This document shows, piece after piece, positions 1-8,788 of a DNA stretch of 32,000 nt. The position numbers and the translations under genes were made by a program. This DNA is from Cereibacter sphaeroides 2.4.1 (GTDB lineage: Bacteria > Pseudomonadota > Alphaproteobacteria > Rhodobacterales > Rhodobacteraceae), in assembly GCF_000012905.2 (NCBI RefSeq), contig NC_007493.2, forward strand, positions 2,790,001 through 2,822,000. Reading direction: 5' to 3'. Numbering within the stretch: position 1 is the first letter of the stretch; the number at the start of each line of letters is the position of its first letter. Under the pieces are notes generated by a model. That model was not told where the DNA came from. It ran no database searches and was given only the letters and a program-made list of their open reading frames with translations.

Positions 1-55
1 GCTGGTCGCAGCCCCCCTCATCCGACGGCTGGTCGAGCGGCTGGTCCGGCGCTGA
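1..55 (+). CDS. 3' end of a CDS entering from upstream of the window (product unknown)
   Basis: Frame 2 is open from the window edge. It reads [17 protein letters not shown], then TGA at 53-55. Third codon positions are almost all G/C, as in neighbouring genes. It is too short to identify. Confidence 0.25.
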   Translation, partial: LVAAPLIRRLVERLVRR

Positions 56-153
56 GTCCCGGATCGCGCGAAGCTGACCAGTCGGCCCTTGCCCCTGCGG
101 CCTCGGCCGCTATCATGCGCCGCCAGCCTAAGACGCGCCAGGAGAGTGCCCGA

Positions 154-333
154 ATGTCGATCGAAGCCCCGGAAACCGTTGTCGTCTCGACCTGGAAGGT
201 CGCCTGCGACGGAGGCGAGGGCGCGCTCGGCCATCCGCGCGTCTGGCTCTCGATCCCGCACGAGACGGGCTTCGTCGAATGCGGCTACTGCGATCGCCGC
301 TACATCCACGAGAGCTTCGCCGCCGCGAAGTGA
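154..333 (+). CDS. small zinc-finger (zf-CHCC / NDUFS6 C-terminal-like) protein
   Basis: ATG at 154 lies 8 nt after GGAGAG (141-146). The 59-aa product has KVACDGG...HPRVWL...ECGYCDRRY, which is typical of zf-CHCC proteins. The ORF track start at 115 lacks an SD. Confidence 0.7.
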   Translation: MSIEAPETVVVSTWKVACDGGEGALGHPRVWLSIPHETGFVECGYCDRRYIHESFAAAK

Positions 334-379
334 GCGCACGGCCCTTCTCGGGGCGACCTGATCATTCCGGGGAGGGACC

Positions 380-3193
380 ATGACGTTCGGCAAGGGCCAC
401 CATCTGCATCTCATCGACGGTTCGGCCTTCATCTTCCGGGCCTACCATGCGCTGCCGCCGCTGACGCGGAAGTCGGACGGCCTGCCCGTGGGCGCGGTCG
501 CGGGCTTCTGCAACATGCTGTTCCGCTATGTCGAGAACAACAAGGGCCCCGACGCGCCGACCCATGTGGCGGTGATCTTCGACCATTCCTCGAAGACCTT
601 CCGCAACGAGATCTACCCGCTCTACAAGGCGCAGCGCCCCGAGCCGCCCGAGGATCTGCGCCCGCAGTTCCCGCTCACGCGCGAGGCGACGCGGGCCTTC
701 AACATTGCCTGCATCGAGACCGAAGGGTTCGAGGCCGACGACATCATCGCGGCCCTCTCGTGCAAGGCGCGCGACGCGGGCGGCTCGGTCACGATCCTGT
801 CCTCGGACAAGGATCTGATGCAGCTGGTGGGCGACGGGGTCGAGATGCTCGACCCGATGAAGAACAAGCGGATCGGCCGCGACGAGGTGTTCGAGAAATT
901 CGGCGTCTACCCCGAGCGCGTCGTGGATGTGCAGGCGCTGGCGGGCGATTCCATCGACAACGTGCCGGGCGCGCCGGGCATCGGCATCAAGACGGCCGCG
1001 CTGCTGATCCAGGAATACGGCGATCTCGAGAGCCTGCTCGCGCGGGCGGGCGAGATCAAGCAGCCCAAGCGCCGCGCCGCCATCGAGGAGAATGCCGAAC
1101 AGATCCGCATCTCGAAGCGGCTGGTGGCGCTTGACTGCAACACCCCGCTTACGTTCTCGCTCGAGGATCTCGAGGTGCGTCTGCCGGTGGCCGACGACCT
1201 TCTGGGCTTTCTCAACCGGATGGAATTCCGCACCCTGACGACCCGTGTGGCCGCGAGCCTGAAGGTCGAGCCGCCTCCCGCCCCCACCGCCGCCGTCCTC
1301 CGGAACGAGGGCGTGCCCGAGATCGTCGAGCAGGTCGAGGCGGCGCTGCCTTTCGACAGCGCCTCCTATGCCTGCATCCGCGATGCCGAGGCGCTGGCCG
1401 CCTGGATCGCGCGCATCCGCGACCTGGGCCATGTCGCCATCGACACCGAGACCACCAGCCTCGACGAGATGCGTGCCGAACTGGTGGGGATCTCGCTCTG
1501 CGTCGAGGCGGGGGCCGCCTGCTACATCCCGCTCGGCCACCGGGCTGGCGGCGGCGATCTCTTCGGCGCCTCGGAGCTCGTGGCCGACCAGATGCCGCTG
1601 GGTCTGGCGCTGTCGATGCTGAAGCCGGTGCTCGAGGATGAGTCCATCCTCAAGATCGGCCAGAACATGAAGTACGACGCGAAGATCCTCGCGCGTCACG
1701 GCATCCGGGTGGCGCCGATCGACGATACGATGCTCATGTCCTACGCGATGCACGCGGGCCGCCACGGCCACGGGATGGACGAGCTCTGCGACACCTACCT
1801 TGGCCACAAACCCATCGCGATCAAGACGCTCCTGGGTTCGGGCAAGAGCCAGATCACCTTCGACCGGGTGCCGGTCGAGCAGGCCGTCTGCTATGCGGCC
1901 GAGGATGCGGATGTGACCTTCCGGCTCTGGAAGCTGTTCAAGCCGCAGCTGCACCGCGCCCGGGTGACGACGGTCTACGAGACGCTCGAGCGGCCGCTGG
2001 TGCCGGTGCTGGCCGAGATGGAGATGGCGGGCGTTCAGGTCGACCGCGACACGCTCTCGCGGATGTCGAACGCCTTCGCGCAGAAGATGGCGGGGCTCGA
2101 GGCCGAGATCCACGCGCTGGCGGGCGGCCCGTTCAACGTGGGCAGCCCCAAGCAGCTGGGCGAGATCCTGTTCGAGAAGATGGGCCTGCCCGGGGGCCAG
2201 AAGGGCAAGAACGGCGCCTGGGGCACCGGGGCCGACGTGCTCGAGGATCTGGCGGCCGAGGGGCACGACCTGCCCGCGCGCGTGCTCGACTGGCGCCAGC
2301 TCTCCAAGCTGAAATCGACCTACACCGACGCGCTGCAGGAGCATATCCACCCCGAGACGGGCCGCGTCCACACCTCCTATTCCATCGCCGGAGCGAACAC
2401 GGGCCGCCTCGCCTCGACCGATCCGAACCTCCAGAACATCCCCGTGCGCAGCGAGGAGGGCCGCCGCATCCGCGAGGCCTTCGTGGCGCCGCCGGGCAAG
2501 CTTCTGGTCAGCCTCGACTACAGCCAGATCGAGCTGCGCATCCTCGCCCATATCGCCGACATTCCGGCGCTGAAGCAGGCCTTCCGCGAGGGGCACGACA
2601 TCCATGCGATGACCGCCTCCGAGATGTTCAACGTGCCGCTCGAAGGCATGGATCCGATGATCCGGCGGCAGGCCAAGGCCATCAACTTCGGCGTGATCTA
2701 CGGGATCTCGGGCTTCGGCCTCGCACGCAACCTGCGCATCCCGCGGGCCGATGCGCAGGGCTTCATCGACCGCTATTTCGAGCGTTTCCCCGGCATCCGC
2801 GGCTATATGGACGAGACCATCGCCTTCGCCAAGGCGAACGGTCATGTGGAAACCCTGTTCGGACGCAGGATCAACACGCCCGAGATCAATGCCAAGGGGC
2901 CCGGCGCGGGCTTCGCGCGCCGCGCGGCCATCAACGCGCCGATCCAGGGCACGGCGGCCGACGTGATCCGCCGGGCGATGATCCGGATGCCGAAGGCGAT
3001 CCGGGGCATGCCCGCGACCATGCTGCTGCAGGTCCATGACGAACTGCTGTTCGAGGTGGAGGAAGAGGCCGCTGACGCGCTCATCGAGCGCGTGCGCGAG
3101 GTGATGGAAGGTGCGGCCGACCCGGCGGTGAAGCTCACCGTGCCGCTGACGGTGGAGGCGGGCCGCGGCCTGAACTGGGCCGCCGCCCACTGA
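380..3193 (+). CDS. polA: DNA polymerase I
   Basis: 937 aa, ATG 380 preceded by GGAGG (371-375). It has an N-terminal 5'-3' exonuclease region, a 3'-5' exo motif HVAIDTETTSLD, and polymerase motifs LVSLDYSQIELRILAH, RRQAKAINFGVIYG and LQVHDELLFE. Confidence 0.97.
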   Translation: MTFGKGHHLHLIDGSAFIFRAYHALPPLTRKSDGLPVGAVAGFCNMLFRYVENNKGPDAPTHVAVIFDHSSKTFRNEIYPLYKAQRPEPPEDLRPQFPLTREATRAFNIACIETEGFEADDIIAALSCKARDAGGSVTILSSDKDLMQLVGDGVEMLDPMKNKRIGRDEVFEKFGVYPERVVDVQALAGDSIDNVPGAPGIGIKTAALLIQEYGDLESLLARAGEIKQPKRRAAIEENAEQIRISKRLVALDCNTPLTFSLEDLEVRLPVADDLLGFLNRMEFRTLTTRVAASLKVEPPPAPTAAVLRNEGVPEIVEQVEAALPFDSASYACIRDAEALAAWIARIRDLGHVAIDTETTSLDEMRAELVGISLCVEAGAACYIPLGHRAGGGDLFGASELVADQMPLGLALSMLKPVLEDESILKIGQNMKYDAKILARHGIRVAPIDDTMLMSYAMHAGRHGHGMDELCDTYLGHKPIAIKTLLGSGKSQITFDRVPVEQAVCYAAEDADVTFRLWKLFKPQLHRARVTTVYETLERPLVPVLAEMEMAGVQVDRDTLSRMSNAFAQKMAGLEAEIHALAGGPFNVGSPKQLGEILFEKMGLPGGQKGKNGAWGTGADVLEDLAAEGHDLPARVLDWRQLSKLKSTYTDALQEHIHPETGRVHTSYSIAGANTGRLASTDPNLQNIPVRSEEGRRIREAFVAPPGKLLVSLDYSQIELRILAHIADIPALKQAFREGHDIHAMTASEMFNVPLEGMDPMIRRQAKAINFGVIYGISGFGLARNLRIPRADAQGFIDRYFERFPGIRGYMDETIAFAKANGHVETLFGRRINTPEINAKGPGAGFARRAAINAPIQGTAADVIRRAMIRMPKAIRGMPATMLLQVHDELLFEVEEEAADALIERVREVMEGAADPAVKLTVPLTVEAGRGLNWAAAH

Positions 3194-3320
3194 CGCCGGT
3201 GCATGACCGGCAGGGCGTGACGGCCCGTCCTCGCCTCTGCCTCGGGCCGGCATCACGGGAGGCAGGCCCAAGGCGACGTCTCCCGCGCGTCCCCCTTCAG
3301 AGAGGCCGCGCGGGTGCGGT

Positions 3321-3704
3321 TCAATCGCGCTGCGAGAGCATGGGCCCGAGCGGCCGGCCGGCGAGGATGTGCATGTGGTAATGCGGCACCTCCTGTACCG
3401 CATCGAGCCCCGCATTCGAGACGGTGCGGTAGCCGTTGCCGCCCTCTCCCGGGCCGATGCCCAGATCCGCACAGACCTTCGCCGCCGTGCGGTGGAAATC
3501 CACGATCTCCTCGGCGCTGGCCTCGGCCGCGAAATGGTCGAAACAGACATAGGCGCCCTTCGGGATCACCAGCACATGATGCGGCGTCTGCGGCCGGATG
3601 TCCCGGAACGCAAGCGTATGGTCCGTTTCCAGAACCGTATCGCTCGGGATCTCGCCCCGCAGGATGCGCGCGAAGATGTTCTGGGGATCGTAGTCGTAAG
3701 CCAT
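3321..3704 (-). CDS. HIT (histidine triad) family protein
   Basis: Histidine triad HYHMHIL near the C-terminus, N-terminal DPQNIFARILRGEIP. ATG at 3704 lies about 9 nt after AAGGTGG. The track start at 3716 is a GTG only 4 codons upstream. Confidence 0.9.
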   Translation of the reverse strand: MAYDYDPQNIFARILRGEIPSDTVLETDHTLAFRDIRPQTPHHVLVIPKGAYVCFDHFAAEASAEEIVDFHRTAAKVCADLGIGPGEGGNGYRTVSNAGLDAVQEVPHYHMHILAGRPLGPMLSQRD

Positions 3705-3845
3705 GGGTCTACCCACCTTCAGTCGTTCAGGGATCTGTCGCAGAGGAGCCTCCCGGATCGGGCGCGCCTGTGCAAGAGGGTCATGAGCGAGCGCTCAACG
3801 CTCCGTCCTCCGCGCCTTCCCCTCCCGATGCGCGCACCGTTCTGT

Positions 3846-4137
3846 GGCCCCACAGGGGCCATGTCGCGCAGGGGGCCCGTTGCTCGCTCGCATCGGTCGA
3901 GGCCTTTCCCGCCTGCAGAGCTGTCCGCCCTGCCCGACAGAAGCCGAAGCAGGGGCAATGCGTTGCCTGCCGTCACATGAGGTCGAACGGCCCTCTGCCT
4001 CGATGACCGTCGAAGCGGCAGCGCGGGCTCTCCGTCCGCTCAGTGGCCGATGTCTCCCCGGAAAGGCCGCAGAAGAGCCGGGACAGCCGGTTCCGCCATC
4101 CGCGGCAGCGGCGCGCGGCGATGGCCCCTGTGGGGCC
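3846..4137. repeat. pair of 17-nt perfectly inverted palindromic units (REP/MITE-like) bounding 258 nt of non-coding DNA
   Basis: GGCCCCACAGGGGCCAT at 3846-3862 is the exact reverse complement of ATGGCCCCTGTGGGGCC at 4121-4137. Each arm is itself a GGCCCC-N3-GGGGCC hairpin. Confidence 0.6.
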
Positions 4138-4173
4138 TGAGCCGCGCGCCCGCCCCGCTCCCGTTCGGGCCGC

Positions 4174-5166
4174 TCAGAGCACGCCCTGCGCGCGGAAGAG
4201 CGCACGCAGATCCGCCTCGGGCCGGGCGCCGAGGTGGGAAATCACTTCCGAAGCCGCGATGCAGCCCATGCGCCCCGCCGTCTCGTAGCCGTGCCCGTGG
4301 GTCAGCCCCCAGAGGAAGGCGCCGGCGAAGAGGTCGCCCGCCCCGGTCGCATCCACGATCTGCGTGGGCAGGGCCGGCACATGCCAGTGCTGCCCGTCCG
4401 CGAGGATGTGGGCCCCCTTCTCGCTCTCGGTGCAGGCCACGATCGCCACCTCCGCGGCCGCGGCCTTCAGCGCCGCACCGAAATCCTCGGTCCGATACAT
4501 CGACAGGATCTCGGCGCGGTTGGCGAACAGAAGATCCACATCCTCCCGGATCATCCGGCGGAAGGCGTCGCGGTGCCGTTCGACGCAGAACGGATCCGAC
4601 AGCGTCAGCGAGACGCGCCCGCCCGCGCCCCTGCAGGCGGCGATGGCCTTGGCGAAGGCCGCATGGCTCTCCGGCCCGTCGAAGCGGTAGCCCTCGAGGT
4701 AGATCCATTCGGTCGAGGCCATCTGCGCCTCGTCGATGTCGTCGGGTGTCAGGAACTCGGACCAGCCAAGACAGGTGTTCATCGACCGCTCGCCATCGGG
4801 CGAGACCAATATGATGCAGCGTCCGGTCTCCTGCGCGCCGCCCTTCGGCGCCATCGGCGTCTCGTAGACCGCGCCCTGCGCCCGCAGGTCGTGGGCGAAG
4901 ATCGCGCCGAGCTGGTCGTCGCAGACCTTGCCCACATAAGCCGTCCGCCCGCCGAGCTGGGCAATGCCCGCGATGGTGTTGGCGGCCGACCCGCCCGAAA
5001 TCTCCTGCGCCGGCCCGATCCGGCCGTAGAGATCCACCGCGCGGCCCATGTCGATGAGCTGCATGATCCCCTTGGCGATGCCGTTCTCGGCCAGGAAGGC
5101 ATCGTCGCAATGGGAAAGCACGTCGACCAGCGCATTGCCGATGCCGACGATCTGGAACTGTTTCAT
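4174..5166 (-). CDS. PfkB-family carbohydrate/nucleoside kinase, probable adenosine kinase
   Basis: 330 aa starting MKQFQIVGIGNALVDV, with PfkB signature DATGAGDLFAGAFL near the C-terminus. ATG 5166-5164 overlaps the nth stop (ATGA). The rest of the 556-aa track ORF is an out-of-frame overlap with nth. Confidence 0.85.
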   Translation of the reverse strand: MKQFQIVGIGNALVDVLSHCDDAFLAENGIAKGIMQLIDMGRAVDLYGRIGPAQEISGGSAANTIAGIAQLGGRTAYVGKVCDDQLGAIFAHDLRAQGAVYETPMAPKGGAQETGRCIILVSPDGERSMNTCLGWSEFLTPDDIDEAQMASTEWIYLEGYRFDGPESHAAFAKAIAACRGAGGRVSLTLSDPFCVERHRDAFRRMIREDVDLLFANRAEILSMYRTEDFGAALKAAAAEVAIVACTESEKGAHILADGQHWHVPALPTQIVDATGAGDLFAGAFLWGLTHGHGYETAGRMGCIAASEVISHLGARPEADLRALFRAQGVL

Positions 5167-5807
5167 GCCGTCTTTTCCTCGTAAGGGCAGAGATCGCGGA
5201 TCGGGCAGATGCCGCATCTGGGTTTGCGCGCGACGCAGATGTAGCGTCCGTGCAGGATGAGCCAGTGATGCGCATGGAGCGCAAAGGGCGCCGGCACATG
5301 ATCCTCGAGCGCCCGCTCGACCGCTTCCACATCGCGGCCGGGGGCAATGCCGGTGCGGTTGGCCACGCGGAAGATATGGGTGTCGACCGCCATCGCCGGC
5401 TGGTGGAACCACATGTTCAGCACCACATTGGCCGTCTTCCGCCCCACGCCCGGCAGCGACTGGAGCGCCGCGCGCGACGAGGGCACCTCGCCGTCGTACT
5501 GATCGACGAGCAGGCGGCTCAGCGCGATCACGTTCCTGGCCTTGTTGCGATAGAGGCCGATGGTGCGGATATGTTCGGTAAGCCCCTCCTCGCCCAGCTC
5601 CAGCATCTGGGCGGGCGTCGTCACCTGGGCGAAAAGCGCCCGCGTGGCCTTGTTCACCCCCGCATCCGTCGCCTGCGCCGAGAGCGCCACCGCCACGAGG
5701 AGCGTATAGGCATTCACATGCTCGAGCTCGCCCCTGGGCTCCGCCTCCAGCGCATGGAGGCGGGCGAAGATCTCGTGGATCGTGCGGTAATCGAGTTGGC
5801 GGGCCAT
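5163..5807 (-). CDS. nth: endonuclease III
   Basis: 214 aa. Helix-hairpin-helix LPGVGRKTANVVL and a C-terminal 4Fe-4S ligand pattern C-x6-C-x2-C-x5-C (CVARKPRCGICPIRDLC). Confidence 0.95.
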   Translation of the reverse strand: MARQLDYRTIHEIFARLHALEAEPRGELEHVNAYTLLVAVALSAQATDAGVNKATRALFAQVTTPAQMLELGEEGLTEHIRTIGLYRNKARNVIALSRLLVDQYDGEVPSSRAALQSLPGVGRKTANVVLNMWFHQPAMAVDTHIFRVANRTGIAPGRDVEAVERALEDHVPAPFALHAHHWLILHGRYICVARKPRCGICPIRDLCPYEEKTA

Positions 5808-5919
5808 CGGTGCAACCTATGCCCGAGCCGGTCGGGCGGAGCAAGCGAAGCCGCAGGAATCGGGTCGCGGCGGCCCGTCGCGGCGGCTAGGGTCAGCCCC
5901 ACCAGCCCGAGGACCCGCC

Positions 5920-6768
5920 ATGACCGACAGCCTCGCCGCCGAGCGGCCCGCCTACCATTATGCCGTGATCGCCCGCGCGCTCGCCGAAATCGACGCCGGA
6001 GGCCCGGCGCTTTCGCTCGAGGATCTGGCGGCGCGGATCGGCCTCAGCCCCGCCCATTTCCAGCGCATCTTCTCGCAGTGGGTGGGCGTGTCGCCCAAGC
6101 GCTACCAGCAATATCTGACGCTCGATCATGCGCGGCGGCTTCTGGCCGAGCGGTTCACCGTGCTCGACACGGCGCTCGCCACCGGCCTTTCCGGGCCGGG
6201 GCGGCTCCATGACCTGTTCCTGCGCTGGGAGGCGATGAGCCCCGGCGATTTCGCGCGGGCGGGGGAAGGGCTCGAGATCGGCTGGGCCTGGGTGGCCTCG
6301 CCCTTCGGCGAGGCGCTGGCCATGGCCACCCCGCGCGGGCTCTGCGGCCTCGCCTTCTCGGCCGAGATGGGCCGCGAGGCCGCGATGGCCGATCTCGCGG
6401 GTCGGTGGCCGGCTGCGCGGCTGACCGAGGATCCCGACCGCGTGGTCCCGCTCGCCGAGGCGGCCTTCGGCGGCGCGGGGGCGGATCTGCATCTGATCGG
6501 CGCGCCGTTCCAGATCAAGGTCTGGGAGGCCCTGCTGCGCATCCCCTCGGGCCATGTCACCACCTATTCCGAGATCGCCCAGTCGATCGGCCACCCTGCC
6601 GCGGTGCGGGCCGTGGGCACGGCGGTGGGGCGCAACCCGATCTCGTTCCTGATCCCCTGCCACCGGGCGCTGCGCAAGTCGGGCGGGCTCGGCGGCTACC
6701 ACTGGGGCCTGCCGGTCAAGCGCGCCATGCTGGCCTGGGAGGCGGCCCGCGCGGACGCAATCGCGTGA
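5920..6768 (+). CDS. AraC-type HTH fused to methylated-DNA-protein-cysteine methyltransferase (Ada-like, no N-Ada zinc domain)
   Basis: N-terminal AraC HTH (LSLEDLAARIGLSPAHFQRIFSQWVGVSPKRY). C-terminal MGMT domain with active site IPCHRA and GGYHWG. Divergent from nth. Confidence 0.9.
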   Translation: MTDSLAAERPAYHYAVIARALAEIDAGGPALSLEDLAARIGLSPAHFQRIFSQWVGVSPKRYQQYLTLDHARRLLAERFTVLDTALATGLSGPGRLHDLFLRWEAMSPGDFARAGEGLEIGWAWVASPFGEALAMATPRGLCGLAFSAEMGREAAMADLAGRWPAARLTEDPDRVVPLAEAAFGGAGADLHLIGAPFQIKVWEALLRIPSGHVTTYSEIAQSIGHPAAVRAVGTAVGRNPISFLIPCHRALRKSGGLGGYHWGLPVKRAMLAWEAARADAIA

Positions 6769-6882
6769 TCTCGGCAGCTTTTCGCCATATCCGCCCCCGG
6801 AACCCTCTCCCCCGCGCGATGCTTGTGCAATATGCAGGGATGCACCCATCCCCGGGAGCCAAGGACAATTCGTGAGGCGGCA

Positions 6883-7569
6883 ATGAAGATCGTGAAATCC
6901 CCCTTTGTGCTGATGACGGCCGGTGTCGTGCTTCTGGCAGGCTGCGACCCTTACGCATCCGGCGGCAACCCCGGCATGGGCGCGCCCGGCAGCTACACCC
7001 GTGAAAACCCCCGCGCCTCCGCCGGCATCGCCACCGGGGCGATCCTCGGCGGCCTCGTCGGCGCCTCGGCCAGCGACAACAAGCTCGAGAAGGCGGTCGT
7101 GGGCGCCGCGGTGGGCGGCATCCTCGGCGGCGCCGTGGGCTCGGCGCTCGACCGTCAGGCGGCCGACCTCCGCAACTCCATCGGCAACAGCCAGGTGAGC
7201 GTGACCAACACCGGCTCCGAGCTGGTGGTGACCATGCCGCAGGACATCCTGTTCGCGACCGACAGCGCCAACCTGCGCCCGGACCTGCAGCGCGACCTCG
7301 GCGCCGTCGCCCAGAACCTGCTGCGCTACCCGAACTCGACCATCGCGGTCGTCGGCCACACCGACAGCACCGGCGCCGCCGCCTACAACCAGGATCTGTC
7401 GATGCGCCGCGCCCAGTCGGTGGCCGGCGTGCTGATCGGCAACGGCGTGCCGTCCTATCGCGTCTCGGCCATCGGCCGCGGCGAGGACCAGCCCATCGCC
7501 TCGAACCTGACGCCCGAGGGCCGCGCCCAGAACCGTCGCGTGGACATCATCATCCGCCCGACCTCGTGA
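6883..7569 (+). CDS. OmpA-family lipoprotein
   Basis: ATG 6883 gives MKIVKSPFVLMTAGVVLLAGC (signal peptide plus lipobox LAGC). A glycine-zipper stretch is followed by an OmpA C-terminal domain (GHTDSTGAAAYNQDLSMRRAQSV ... NRRVDI). Confidence 0.85.
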   Translation: MKIVKSPFVLMTAGVVLLAGCDPYASGGNPGMGAPGSYTRENPRASAGIATGAILGGLVGASASDNKLEKAVVGAAVGGILGGAVGSALDRQAADLRNSIGNSQVSVTNTGSELVVTMPQDILFATDSANLRPDLQRDLGAVAQNLLRYPNSTIAVVGHTDSTGAAAYNQDLSMRRAQSVAGVLIGNGVPSYRVSAIGRGEDQPIASNLTPEGRAQNRRVDIIIRPTS

Positions 7570-7576
7570 TCCGGAC

Positions 7577-7597
7577 GGGCGGGCCTCTGGCCCGCCC
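7577..7597 (+). terminator. GC hairpin downstream of the OmpA-family gene (terminator-like, no U tract)
   Basis: GGGCGGGCC (7577-7585), loop TCT, GGCCCGCCC (7589-7597). This is a perfect 9-bp stem 8 nt after the stop. It lacks a T run, so its function is uncertain. Confidence 0.4.
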
Positions 7598-7809
7598 TCC
7601 ACCGGAGGCCGCACGACGGCCCCTCTGACGACGTCTGCCGGGCTCCGGAACGCAGCCCGGCGCCCCTGCCGGCAGCAGTCCGCGCGGCTCCGCCCCTCAC
7701 CGCTTGGCACACCTCCGTTCGCAGCACCGGAAGGGAGGCCCGCGCCGCCTTTCCCGTTGAGCTTCCGCCCCCGCGGTCATAGATTCTGACCAGTTCGAGG
7801 GGAGCTCCG

Positions 7810-8577
7810 ATGCCGTTCCAGAAGATCCAGTCCGAAAAGCTGTCGCAGAGCGTCATGCGGCAGATCGAGCTTCTGATCCTGCGCGGCATCCTGCGGCCGG
7901 GAGAGCGGCTGCCCTCCGAGCGCGACCTGTCCGAGCGGCTGGGCGTCTCGCGCCCCTCGCTGCGCGACGCCATCGCCGAGCTGCAGGAGCGCGGGCTCCT
8001 CGTCTCGCGGCCGGGCTCCGGCATTTTCGTGGCAGAGGTGCTGGGATCGGCCTTCGCCCCCGCCCTCGTCGAGCTCTTCGCGAGCCATGAAGAGGCGGTG
8101 TTCGACTATATCGACTTCCGCCGGGATCTCGAGAGCCTCTCGGCCGAGCGGGCGGCCGTGCGCGCCTCCGACACCGACCTCAAGGTGATCGACACGATCT
8201 TCCGCAAGATGGAAGCCGCGCATCTGAAGCGCGATCCCTCCGACGAGGCGGCGCTCGATGCGCAGTTCCACATGGCGATCATCGAGGCGAGCCACAATGT
8301 CGTCATGCTGCACATGATGCGCTCGATGTTCGACCTGCTGCGGAACGGGGTCTTCTACAATCGCCAGATGATGTTCCGGCAGCGCACGACGCGCGAGTCG
8401 CTGCTCGATCAGCACCGGCGCATCAATGCGGCGCTGCAGGCGCGCGACCCGCAGGAGGCCCGGGCGGCGGTCGAGACGCATCTGTCCTATGTCGAGAAGG
8501 CGGTGACCGAAGGCCTGCGGTCGGAACGGCACGAAGCCATCGCGCGTCAGCGGCTGGAGCACGAGCGGAACCGCTGA
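7810..8577 (+). CDS. GntR/FadR-family transcriptional regulator (FCD domain; PdhR/LldR-like)
   Basis: 255 aa, ATG 7810 after GAGGGGAGC. It has a winged HTH LPSERDLSERLGVSRPSLRDAIAELQERGLL and a helical C-terminal FCD-type domain. Confidence 0.9.
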   Translation: MPFQKIQSEKLSQSVMRQIELLILRGILRPGERLPSERDLSERLGVSRPSLRDAIAELQERGLLVSRPGSGIFVAEVLGSAFAPALVELFASHEEAVFDYIDFRRDLESLSAERAAVRASDTDLKVIDTIFRKMEAAHLKRDPSDEAALDAQFHMAIIEASHNVVMLHMMRSMFDLLRNGVFYNRQMMFRQRTTRESLLDQHRRINAALQARDPQEARAAVETHLSYVEKAVTEGLRSERHEAIARQRLEHERNR

Positions 8578-8629
8578 GACCGCTGAGACCGCTGAGACCG
8601 CTGAGACCGCTGAGACCGCTGAGACCGCT
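8571..8629. repeat. tandem 9-bp repeat CCGCTGAGA, six full copies plus a 5-nt partial copy
   Basis: Read directly: units at 8571, 8580, 8589, 8598, 8607 and 8616, then CCGCT. The first unit supplies the last codon (CGC) and the TGA stop (8575-8577) of the GntR-family gene. Confidence 0.95.
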
Positions 8630-8741
8630 CCGCATGTGGCGCCGCGCAGTCCACCGCAAACCCTTTGGGGCCCCATCGGGGAGGGCGCGCCCTCCTGTCC
8701 CAGAGACCCTGCCCTCATTCCGGCTCGTGAGCCATGACAAA

Positions 8742-8765
8742 GGCCCGGTCCTCGCGGACCGGGCC
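8742..8765. terminator. bidirectional terminator hairpin between convergent GntR-family gene and atpF
   Basis: GGCCCGGTCC (8742-8751), loop TCGC, GGACCGGGCC (8756-8765), a perfect 10-bp stem. It is flanked by GACAAA and CTGTCTTGTC, giving T-rich tails in both reading directions. Confidence 0.55.
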
Positions 8766-8788
8766 CTGTCTTGTCTGAGGCAAGGCGC

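Noticed and set aside
362-3550. 1062-aa ORF on the minus strand
   Set aside because: It is entirely antisense to the confidently identified polA and overlaps the HIT gene out of frame. The composition is Arg/Gly/Ala/His/Asp-rich with no motifs. It is a typical stop-poor antisense frame in high-GC DNA.
3705-4173. Known structured RNAs (SRP/4.5S RNA, RNase P RNA, 6S RNA, tmRNA, riboswitch) in the large gap
   Set aside because: I could not find the conserved cores by eye: GGAAGCAGCC of the SRP RNA, GAGGAAAGUCCGGGCU of RNase P RNA, or a tRNA-like acceptor/T-arm for tmRNA. A covariance-model scan is needed before excluding them formally.
5167-5844. Upstream extension of the adenosine kinase ORF (556-aa track ORF). 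Analogous long N-terminal extensions occur in ORFs 18080-19180, 18418-19641 and 28251-29525.
   Set aside because: The extensions overlap nth, the GNAT genes, or rnpA/yidD in another frame, and they are Arg/Gly/Pro-rich. Internal ATGs at ATGA stop/start overlaps or after SD sequences give proteins of normal family length.
5893-7710. 605-aa minus-strand ORF
   Set aside because: It is antisense to the Ada-like and OmpA-family genes. It is Gly/Arg/Ala-rich with no domain signature or SD.
8571-8629. Possible CRISPR array
   Set aside because: The units are 9 bp and directly adjacent with no spacers, and there are no cas genes in the window. This is a simple tandem repeat.
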